This document shows positions 1 to 6,666 of a DNA stretch of 34,112 nt, piece by piece. How positions within the stretch are numbered: position 1 is the first letter of the stretch; every line of letters begins with the position of its first letter. This DNA comes from an uncultured Methanosarcinales archaeon (GTDB taxonomy: Archaea; Nanobdellota; Nanobdellia; Woesearchaeales; GW2011-AR9): positions 1 through 34,112 of the forward strand of contig CAYRMP010000001.1 in NCBI GenBank assembly GCA_964425545.1, written 5' to 3'. Below the pieces are notes generated by a model, which was given only the letters and a program-made list of their open reading frames with translations, was not told the origin of the DNA and ran no database searches. The position numbers were made by a program, and so were the translations under genes.

Positions 1-1
1 T

Positions 2-1303
2 ACTAAAAGTAAATTAGAAGAACAAAAAACCCAGTTAAGTTCAGCAAAGGATAAAAATTCTGCTGCTTCCAGCGCTACCCAAGAAATTAATCAACAGCTT
101 AGTTCTCTTGATTTAACTCTGCCTGCCAGTACTTACAATCCGCAGTTGATTACTGATTTTAAAACTTCTGCTCCGTCAAAAATCAAAAGCGGCCTCTCTG
201 AGGTTAAAGATGCTCGAGAAGTGGTTGAAGCATCGGAACTTGAAGATAAATCAGCTATTCTCAGCAGTCTCAGCAAAGTAGAAGAAAAATTAAAATCATT
301 AGATACTTCCGTTAATGGGGCAGCAGCAAGTGGAAACACCACTAGTAATACAACTGCTTCTACTTCCAGCTTCCTTAACACTTTAACTCTTTTAGAAGAC
401 GAATTGACTAATACAAAAATAAAAATAACTGCTGCTGCTTCCGCCGTCGGAAGCACCACTTCCAGCTTAAGTGCAACTACACAAAATCTTCAGGAAAGTG
501 TCAGTGCGCTAGACACCGCCCAGCAGAAAGTAAATGAAATGAGAGCCAGCTTAGATGCGCAAAAAGTTACCGATGCAAATGTTTTGTCTGCACCGCTGGT
601 TACAAAAATCGAAAGTGTCAGCCAAGAAAGTTCTTATCTTAATTATATGTTCCCGGCATTGTTGGTTTTAGTAGTAATGTTTTCCTCATTATTATTGGGG
701 ACTACTTTGGTGATGATGGAAAAAAACAGCCCTGCTTTTTTTAGAAATTATTTTCTTCCATTACGTAAAGGAACTTTTGTCATCTCTACCTACATTACCA
801 CTTTAGTGATTACTTTAGTGCAGGTAGTTGTTATTCTGGCAGTCTCTGCAGCTTTTCTTAAAGGTAATATCTTGCAGCTGTTGCCTGTGGCAGGAGTATT
901 GTTGCTTTCTTCCTCAGTGTTTTCATTCATTGGGATGGGAATAGGATATTCATTTAAATCAGAAGAAACGGGAACTCTAGCTTCCATCTCTACCGGAAGC
1001 TTGCTCTTATTTGTTTCCGGAGTAGTCTTGCCGATAGAAACAATCTCTCCGGTTATTCGAAGTATCACTGGCTTTAATCCCTTTGTCATTTCTGAAAGTG
1101 TTATTCGGGAAGTCTTTCTCTTTAATGCTGATATGGCTGGAATTTGGCCAGGATTGGCAACTCTGGCTGCCTATGCGGTGGGCCTTTTTGTGATTATATT
1201 GATAGCCGAATACCTTGTCCACAAACACTTCATCAGCGGCTTCATGAGACACCGGCACTTGAAGCATCGACAGCAGGAGAAAAGGGATAAGAATAATGTC
1301 TAA
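2..1303 (+). CDS. YhgE/Pip-like ABC-2 family membrane protein (5' end outside the window)
   Basis: Hand translation shows frame 2 is open from base 2 (TKSKLEEQKTQLSSAKDKNS...) with no stop before the TTG at 146 listed in the ORF track, so the gene enters from the left edge. The N-terminal part is a Ser/Thr/Ala-rich, coiled-coil-looking ectodomain. The C-terminal ~220 aa has several hydrophobic helices (FPALLVLVVMFSSLLLG, VISTYITTLVITLVQVVVILAV, LLPVAGVLLLSSSVFSFIGMGIG, LATLAAYAVGLFVIILIA), as in ABC-2/YhgE permease domains. Family call rests on architecture only. Confidence 0.5.
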   Translation, partial: TKSKLEEQKTQLSSAKDKNSAASSATQEINQQLSSLDLTLPASTYNPQLITDFKTSAPSKIKSGLSEVKDAREVVEASELEDKSAILSSLSKVEEKLKSLDTSVNGAAASGNTTSNTTASTSSFLNTLTLLEDELTNTKIKITAAASAVGSTTSSLSATTQNLQESVSALDTAQQKVNEMRASLDAQKVTDANVLSAPLVTKIESVSQESSYLNYMFPALLVLVVMFSSLLLGTTLVMMEKNSPAFFRNYFLPLRKGTFVISTYITTLVITLVQVVVILAVSAAFLKGNILQLLPVAGVLLLSSSVFSFIGMGIGYSFKSEETGTLASISTGSLLLFVSGVVLPIETISPVIRSITGFNPFVISESVIREVFLFNADMAGIWPGLATLAAYAVGLFVIILIAEYLVHKHFISGFMRHRHLKHRQQEKRDKNNV

Positions 1304-1829
1304 GAGAGCAGCACGAGATATTCTAAAAAGCCATAACATTCTCATCGCCATCACTGGCTCTCCGGGAGTAGGTAAATCAACCCTGGCGAAGATTCTCACT
1401 AAAGAATTAGGATTTGATCGCCTTGATTTGCATCATTACTATAAACGCATTTCTACCGGCTATAATCAATCCAAGCAGAGCTATGATGTTGATTATCAAA
1501 AATTCGAAAAGCTGGTAAAAGAAAAACTAAAAGAGGCTAAAAATGGATTAGTTATTGACTCGCACATCAGCCACCTGCTTCCAAAGAAATTAGTTGATTT
1601 ATGCATAGTGCTTATTTGTTCTGACCTAAAGAAACTGGAAAAAAGATTGAAGATGCGCAAATATACTAAAAAGAAAATCCGGGAAAACCTTGATGCGGAA
1701 ATTTTCCAGATATGTTTGATGGAAACTAAAGAAAAAAAACACAAATATTTATGGTATGACACTGATAAAAAAATGAACAAAAACGCGATTGTTAATGAAG
1801 TGTGTGCTTCACTACGTAAGCATCGGTGA
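1296..1829 (+). CDS. Fap7/AK6-type P-loop kinase/NTPase (archaeal putative adenylate kinase)
   Basis: Walker A motif ITGSPGVGKSTLAK lies at the N-terminus. LVIDSH follows, then LEKRLKMRKYTKKKIRENLDAEI, which fits the Fap7/AK6 lid pattern RL..RGY...KI.EN..AEI. Size is ~177 aa. The ATG overlaps the upstream stop by 8 nt (ATGTCTAA). Confidence 0.7.
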   Translation: MSKRAARDILKSHNILIAITGSPGVGKSTLAKILTKELGFDRLDLHHYYKRISTGYNQSKQSYDVDYQKFEKLVKEKLKEAKNGLVIDSHISHLLPKKLVDLCIVLICSDLKKLEKRLKMRKYTKKKIRENLDAEIFQICLMETKEKKHKYLWYDTDKKMNKNAIVNEVCASLRKHR

Positions 1830-2463
1830 GTAACGGAGAAAAATGTTCTGGAGTTAACTCTTCTGCCGTAATCAAATCAACTAAATTTTCTAAAGTTGCA
1901 TCATAATCAGTTAGCCATAATTCTTCCCTAGGCAAATGGATGTTGGTCTTGATATGTGGCCCAGTAGCGGAAATTACTCCAGTAATCCTGTCCCTAGTAA
2001 CTTTAAATGATACTTTCTTATAATCTTCCCGGTGCAGAATCAGGCTGTAATTGATATGTAAACCAATGGGCACTGCATCGGCAGTTACACCATATGAAAC
2101 GGATATTTTTACTCCCGTATTAGTTTCTGAATTGAAAACTGTCCTGCTTACTTTGCTAGCAAAGGATAAATAATCGTCTCTTTTCGTTAAAACTTGTTCC
2201 GCATAAAATGGACCCACGGCAGGACGCGGCAGATGAAAATCTTTTGTGTCTAAAAATTCTTTCCGTGGATAATCTAAAAATAACGAACCATCTTTATCGT
2301 GCGGAAGAACAAAATATAACCCCCCTTTGGTTTGATGTGCTTTATAGCAGAATGGTTTCTTGTCCCAAGGAAGAGAATCGCGCCAAGTGCGGGGAAAACG
2401 GAGCACTTCATCTCCTTCTTCTAGAGTGTTTTCCAATGTAAATAAAGAGTCTAGAAAAGACAT
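1792..2463 (-). CDS. hypothetical protein (223 aa), no recognisable motif
   Basis: Long ORF with non-repetitive, balanced composition. An A/T-rich TATA-like element (rc CATTAAAAATAG, ~2480-2491) sits ~25 nt upstream of the ATG, the leaderless spacing seen at other genes here. The 3' end overlaps the convergent Fap7 gene by 38 nt. Confidence 0.55.
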   Translation of the reverse strand: MSFLDSLFTLENTLEEGDEVLRFPRTWRDSLPWDKKPFCYKAHQTKGGLYFVLPHDKDGSLFLDYPRKEFLDTKDFHLPRPAVGPFYAEQVLTKRDDYLSFASKVSRTVFNSETNTGVKISVSYGVTADAVPIGLHINYSLILHREDYKKVSFKVTRDRITGVISATGPHIKTNIHLPREELWLTDYDATLENLVDLITAEELTPEHFSPLLTDAYVVKHTLH

Positions 2464-2533
2464 AAGTGTTATTACTAAATGCTATTTTTAATGATTGTGG
2501 TGGAGTTGATGAAAATATCGGTGGAAAAGGCAG

Positions 2534-2545
2534 ATTTTATAAAAT
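2534..2545 (+). promoter_or_regulatory. TATA box for aRF1 (leaderless spacing)
   Basis: ATTTTATAAAAT is centred ~27 nt upstream of the ATG at 2567 and follows a purine-rich BRE-like GAAAAGGCAG. No Shine-Dalgarno lies between it and the ATG. Confidence 0.5.
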
Positions 2546-2566
2546 ACACCCCCTATTTCTTCATCT

Positions 2567-3667
2567 ATGGCTCTTACTATTACTGAGAAACTGCACTTGC
2601 GAAAAACGATTAATGAGTTGAAAATCCACAAAGCTCCGCACACGGAGTTTGTAACGGTGTACATTCCGCAAGGATATGAAATTTTCAAAATTATCCAACA
2701 CTTAGCAGAAGAGCAGGGCACTGCATCCAACATCAAATCTGCTTCTACCAGAAAGAACGTGCAGGGTGCATTAGAAAAAATGATCCAGCATCTGCGCGGG
2801 TATCCTAAAACTCCGCCGAATGGCTTAGCTGCTTTCTCGGGAAATATCGCTGCCGGCGAAGGAAAGCAGGATTTTCGAGTATGGAGTGTTGAACCACCGG
2901 TACCATTAAACGTGCGTATTTACCGTTGTGATAAGAATTTCGTTACGGATATCCTAGAAGAGATCATGGTTGACCACAATGTTTATGGATTAGTGGTCTT
3001 AGATCGCAGAGATGCCATTCTTGCTTTATTGAAAGGAAAAACTATTGTTCCTTTGCAGAAAACTCACTCCGAAGTTCCGGGAAAATTTAAAGCGGGTGGA
3101 CAGAGCGCCCAGCGTTTCGCCAGAATCCGTGAAGGGGCCTACAAAGATCACTTCAAGAAAATCGCCGAATACATGAAAAACCAATTCTTGCCTTTAGGAA
3201 ATAATTTAAAAGGCATTATCGTCGGTGGTCCTGGAACTACGGTCAACGATTTCCTGCAGAAAGAATACATTACCGGAGATTTGCAGAAAAAAATCATTGG
3301 CACTAAAGATTTATCTTACACTGAAGAATATGGCTTACAGGAATTGTTAGATAAATCTGAAGATCTGTTGGCGGAAGAAGATATTGCCCGCGAAAAGAAA
3401 ACTATGCAGGAATTTTTCAATGAATTCCGGGAAAACCCGCAGAAAGTAACTTACGGGGAAGCTCAAACTCTGAAAGCTTTAGAAATGAATGCAGTGAGCG
3501 TATTGTTGCTATCTGAAAGCATGCCTGAAGATAAAATTTTTGAATTGGAAGAGAAAGCTCAAAAAGGCGGCGCAACTGTGAAGATTATTTCTACTGAAAC
3601 CCGCGAAGGGACACAGTTGAAAGAATTAGGCGGAATTGCTGCTATTCTGAGATATGAGATAGAATGA
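2567..3667 (+). CDS. prf1: peptide chain release factor aRF1
   Basis: NIKS stop-codon recognition motif (GTASNIKSASTRKN), GGQ peptidyl-tRNA hydrolysis motif (KFKAGGQSAQRFARI), and the conserved C-terminal GGIAAILRY. Confidence 0.95.
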   Translation: MALTITEKLHLRKTINELKIHKAPHTEFVTVYIPQGYEIFKIIQHLAEEQGTASNIKSASTRKNVQGALEKMIQHLRGYPKTPPNGLAAFSGNIAAGEGKQDFRVWSVEPPVPLNVRIYRCDKNFVTDILEEIMVDHNVYGLVVLDRRDAILALLKGKTIVPLQKTHSEVPGKFKAGGQSAQRFARIREGAYKDHFKKIAEYMKNQFLPLGNNLKGIIVGGPGTTVNDFLQKEYITGDLQKKIIGTKDLSYTEEYGLQELLDKSEDLLAEEDIAREKKTMQEFFNEFRENPQKVTYGEAQTLKALEMNAVSVLLLSESMPEDKIFELEEKAQKGGATVKIISTETREGTQLKELGGIAAILRYEIE

Positions 3668-3674
3668 TAAAAAA

Positions 3675-4103
3675 TTATAAACCAAATTTAGCTGCTTTTT
3701 CACGTTGCTTTCTTTCAAATTCTTGTTTCATTCTTTCCTTTTCTTCAGAAGAAATAACTGGTACTGGTTTTGGAGTAGCATAGAGCTTGTTTAATTGCTC
3801 TTCCCATTCACCAGGAATATATGATTCAATAACACTTTCATGATGATAAACTATACCTCCTTTGTAAGTGATGGTTACAGTTCTGATATCTGGCCCTTCA
3901 TTGTCTGGGTTATAAGAATTAAAACCAATCGCTAATTCCCCATTTGTAAAATGATACTGCTTCGAAGAGCCTGCATACATCATGGCGCCGTACGCCCCTC
4001 CTTGACCTAAGCGCATGGCAACTTGTTCAGCCTTAAAACTAATCATTCTATCTTCCGCTTGCTTCTTCCGTTCTTCAATCTTATCTTCCAGAGTTTTTGC
4101 CAT
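3675..4103 (-). CDS. hypothetical protein (142 aa); intact member of a tandem paralog pair
   Basis: ORF preceded by GGAAAGGGTGG (SD-like GGTG ~7 nt upstream of the ATG). Charged helical N- and C-termini flank a beta-looking core. The segment VTITYKGGIVYHHESVIESYIPGEWEEQLNKLY is paralogous to the upstream split ORF at 4105..4413. Confidence 0.6.
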   Translation of the reverse strand: MAKTLEDKIEERKKQAEDRMISFKAEQVAMRLGQGGAYGAMMYAGSSKQYHFTNGELAIGFNSYNPDNEGPDIRTVTITYKGGIVYHHESVIESYIPGEWEEQLNKLYATPKPVPVISSEEKERMKQEFERKQREKAAKFGL

Positions 4104-4104
4104 T

Positions 4105-4413
4105 TCAAACCACCCTTTCCTGTTGATTTATCGCTCTTGAGTATAATCGCTCAAATTGTTCTTCCCAGCCGCCACATTTATGGTAAGCCATAAGGCCGCC
4201 GTCTCTGAAAACTAATTACCCTTTATATCTTACTTCAACAGCTCCTTCAACATGAATTTCAAAAGTTCTGGTTTTGTAAGAAGAAAACTCACGATAGTCT
4301 TGACCATGATCATAAATATCTATTTCATAACTACCTAAAACAGAACAAATAAATTCGGCCATATCACTCATTTCTCCCGTCTTTCTCTTTATTACTTTTT
4401 GTTCTGAACCCAT
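4105..4413 (-). pseudogene. paralog of the 142-aa protein, split by one in-frame TAA (65-aa ORF plus a 36-codon in-frame continuation)
   Basis: Hand translation of the minus strand gives ...AVEVRYKG-TAA-LVFRDGGLMAYHKCGGWEEQFERLYSRAINQQERVV-TGA, all in one frame. YKG*LVFRDGGLMAYHKCGGWEEQFERLY aligns without gaps to YKGGIVYHHESVIESYIPGEWEEQLNKLY of the downstream gene, and the TAA (4216..4218) sits where the paralog has Gly. TATA-like rc GCTTTTATAG (4437..4446) lies ~28 nt upstream of the ATG at 4413. The terminal TGA is 1 nt from the ATG of the 142-aa gene. Confidence 0.45.
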
Positions 4414-4464
4414 TATCTTATTTTCGGAGCCTTACACTATAAAAGCATTATCAATCTGCAATCA

Positions 4465-4794
4465 CTAAATCTCTTTCCCCTGCTTTAGCGCCTCTCGCAC
4501 TAAACCGATTTCCTTCCTCTTTCGTTCTATTTCTTCAGGAGAATAACACAATATTTCCAAATCTACTGGTAATGTCCAAGCATCAAGAAACTTATTAGGA
4601 CGCTTTCGAAAAGGGACCCCTATAAATCTTTTAGAAACGGCGATAACGTCGGCATCGCTGCTTAACAGATGTTCGTTCCTAGCCCTAGAACCAAATAAAA
4701 ACATTTTTTCTACTTGATAATCTTTTTTTAATATCTTCAATTCTTTAATTATTTCTTTAGTTGTAGCTTTACCCATCGCATTAATCTCTCGCAT
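4465..4794 (-). CDS. minimal nucleotidyltransferase (MNT), antitoxin-type partner of a HEPN-MNT module
   Basis: Pol-beta superfamily NTase signature LFGSRARNEHLLSSDADVIAV (GS...D.D) in a ~100-aa protein. It lies immediately downstream of, and overlaps, a HEPN gene. An alternative start is Met7 (4776). Confidence 0.8.
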   Translation of the reverse strand: MREINAMGKATTKEIIKELKILKKDYQVEKMFLFGSRARNEHLLSSDADVIAVSKRFIGVPFRKRPNKFLDAWTLPVDLEILCYSPEEIERKRKEIGLVREALKQGKEI

Positions 4795-5132
4795 TGATGC
4801 AAACAGCGTTCAGCATCATCTTTTGTATACATTTTAAAAGGAACATCTTCACTCGCATCCGGATATCTGGAAAGATAATATTCTTTTGTCAAATCTCTCA
4901 GAAGATTCCAATATTCTTGAGGAATGTTTAATTCTCTTCCTAGAAAAGTGAGCGAATGCGTTGTTCCAGGAGATTCTTTCTTTTTGACTATGTAAAGAGC
5001 TTTTAGCGCTTTTTCTGATGCTTGCTGGCACCAAAAAGAAACAGCAAACCACTTACCTCCTGTAAAACTTACTTTAGCGGTTTCAAGTTCTTCTGCACTT
5101 TGTAAAAACCAGCGTTCTGCTTCAGGTCTCAT
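4749..5132 (-). CDS. HEPN domain protein (toxin-type partner of a HEPN-MNT module)
   Basis: 127-aa all-helical protein. AEELETAKVSF...WFAVSFWCQQASEKALKALY and ...YYLSRYPDA are typical of archaeal HEPN (PF05168-type) proteins. It is paired with the MNT gene by a 46-nt overlap. Confidence 0.7.
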   Translation of the reverse strand: MRPEAERWFLQSAEELETAKVSFTGGKWFAVSFWCQQASEKALKALYIVKKKESPGTTHSLTFLGRELNIPQEYWNLLRDLTKEYYLSRYPDASEDVPFKMYTKDDAERCLHQCERLMRWVKLQLKK

Positions 5133-5212
5133 AACTTATAAATAGCAATAATCTATTTAAACCTTATGCGAAGCTATTTGAAACCTATATTATTTAACCC
5201 CATATAGGCAAT

Positions 5213-5224
5213 TCTTATAAAATA
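5213..5224 (+). promoter_or_regulatory. TATA box for the DUF45-like metalloprotease gene
   Basis: TTCTTATAAAAT is centred ~25 nt upstream of the ATG at 5243. There is no SD, so leaderless geometry. Confidence 0.4.
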
Positions 5225-5242
5225 TCAAAGCAAAATAGAGCT

Positions 5243-5929
5243 ATGAACCTAATCGAAGAATCTTTCCAGCGTTTATTTCCGGAGAAGGAATTTCCTTATT
5301 TCGCTGAAATGGAATACAACCGCAGGTTAGCTGATTTCAACGCTAATATCCGTTTAGAACCGCGAAAAATCAAAGTAAACTTGAATCTGCAATGGAAAGA
5401 TATCGACCGGGAGATTAAGATTGGCTTGATTCAGCATCTGCTATTACGGATTTTTAAAACAAGAGCGCACACCCACAACATCGACCTTTACAATAATTTC
5501 ATTAAAAACATCCCTATCTTAACTCCAAAAACTAAATCTGATCCCCTTTTGGAAGCGTCCTTCCAACGCACTAATGAACTCTTTTTGTTTAACTCCATTG
5601 AACGACCAAACTTAACCTGGGGTACTGATTCTTTTCGCAAATTGGCCAGTTATAACTTCCATACCGACACTATTACCGTATCCACGCTTTTTGCTGATGC
5701 TCGTCCGGAAATTTTGGATTATCTGATGTATCATGAAATGCTGCATAAGCACCATAAATTCAAACATCATGGAGGGAGAAGTTCTTTTCACTCTCCTGCT
5801 TTCAAAGAAGATGAACGGCGCTACCCTGAGCATGAAGTAATTGAAAAAGAGATTGAAACTATCATTAGAGCGAAAAAATATGCTGGAGCCAGAAAAACAA
5901 AAAAAACGTATTTTTGGCAAAAATGGTGA
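5243..5929 (+). CDS. DUF45/YgjP-like (SprT/WLM-like) HExxH zinc metallohydrolase
   Basis: LTWGTDSFRKLASYNFHTDTITVSTLFADARPEILDYLMYHEMLHKHH fits the YgjP/DUF45 pattern (WGSC...I.LN..L...P.E.LDYVVVHEL.H). HEMLH is the zinc-binding HExxH. Confidence 0.6.
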   Translation: MNLIEESFQRLFPEKEFPYFAEMEYNRRLADFNANIRLEPRKIKVNLNLQWKDIDREIKIGLIQHLLLRIFKTRAHTHNIDLYNNFIKNIPILTPKTKSDPLLEASFQRTNELFLFNSIERPNLTWGTDSFRKLASYNFHTDTITVSTLFADARPEILDYLMYHEMLHKHHKFKHHGGRSSFHSPAFKEDERRYPEHEVIEKEIETIIRAKKYAGARKTKKTYFWQKW

Positions 5930-5996
5930 TAATTTCTCTTTTATTAGGAGAAGAACTGGCTTTGGAGGGGTTTTGAAACGGTTCGCTTTTCAGAAA

Positions 5997-6010
5997 CATT
6001 TAAAAATAAG
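5997..6010 (+). promoter_or_regulatory. TATA box for aIF5A
   Basis: CATTTAAAAATAAG is centred ~26 nt upstream of the ATG at 6029. Confidence 0.45.
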
Positions 6011-6028
6011 CCTTAATATTTTGTTGAC

Positions 6029-6430
6029 ATGGCAGATATGGAAAAGAAATCAGTCAGCGTGGGTAACCTAAAGAAGGGAGATACCATTATAATTGATGAT
6101 TCTCCTTGTAAAATAACTGATACTGCAACTTCCCGCCCAGGAAAGCATGGGCACGCAAAAGTAAATTTAACTGCAGTAGGCATCCTTGACGGCAAAAAAA
6201 GACAATTAGTCCTGCCTGGCCACGATAAAATTGAAGCACCTATAATTGAAAAGAAATCTGCTCAAATACTTTCCGTAGTTGGAAACAATGCCAATGTTAT
6301 GGACATGGAAACTTATGAAACCTTTGAAATGGAAATTCCGGAAGAATTGAAGGAAGATGTTAAAGAAGGAAAAGAAGTTTTATATTGGACCATTATGGGC
6401 GCAAAAGTTATGAAACAAGTTAAAAGTTAA
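6029..6430 (+). CDS. eif5a: translation initiation factor 5A (aIF5A)
   Basis: Hypusination loop TSRPGKHGHAKVNL. The ~130-aa size and the N-terminal SH3-like plus C-terminal OB pattern fit the family. Confidence 0.95.
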   Translation: MADMEKKSVSVGNLKKGDTIIIDDSPCKITDTATSRPGKHGHAKVNLTAVGILDGKKRQLVLPGHDKIEAPIIEKKSAQILSVVGNNANVMDMETYETFEMEIPEELKEDVKEGKEVLYWTIMGAKVMKQVKS

Positions 6431-6454
6431 GAAACAAGTTAAAAGTGATACTCT

Positions 6455-6619
6455 ATGGCTACTAAATTCGATGAAGCATTGAACCGATTGATTAAAGGCG
6501 TTTTTGTCTGCAGAAACTGCAAAGCAAAAATCAGGGCATCTAGCTTGAAAGTAAGCCAAGGAAAAATCAAATGCAGAAGCTGTTCTTCAGTAAAGTTGCG
6601 GCCGAAAAGGAAGAAGTAG
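6455..6619 (+). CDS. rpl40e: 50S ribosomal protein L40e (54 aa; absent from the supplied ORF track)
   Basis: Hand translation gives MATKFDEALNRLIKGVFVCRNCKAKIRASSLKVSQGKIKCRSCSSVKLRPKRKK-TAG. The EA..R....C..C.A......C..C...LRPK.K pattern and CxxC...CxxC zinc ribbon match archaeal L40e. The gene is too short for the ORF-track cutoff; the 63-aa minus-strand ORF 6439..6630 is its antisense artefact. Confidence 0.75.
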   Translation: MATKFDEALNRLIKGVFVCRNCKAKIRASSLKVSQGKIKCRSCSSVKLRPKRKK

Positions 6620-6666
6620 ACCGTAACCAAAACATATAAAAACTAAATTAGTTTCTGTTCTCTTAC

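Noticed and set aside
133-1399. Minus-strand ORFs 133..459, 790..1089 and 1007..1399.
   Set aside because: They are antisense to the permease-like and Fap7 genes, with Ala/Ser/Val-rich mirror translations of the plus-strand low-complexity region.
4216-4218. In-frame TAA as evidence of stop-codon reassignment in this organism.
   Set aside because: aRF1 in the same window keeps the canonical NIKS motif. Every well-supported gene here ends at TAA/TAG/TGA where its homologs end. A local nonsense mutation, sequencing error or gene-specific readthrough is far more parsimonious.
6439-6630. 63-aa minus-strand ORF between eif5a and the S2P gene.
   Set aside because: The plus strand here encodes a convincing L40e zinc-ribbon protein. 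The minus ORF has no motif and a hydrophobic, nonsense-like sequence.
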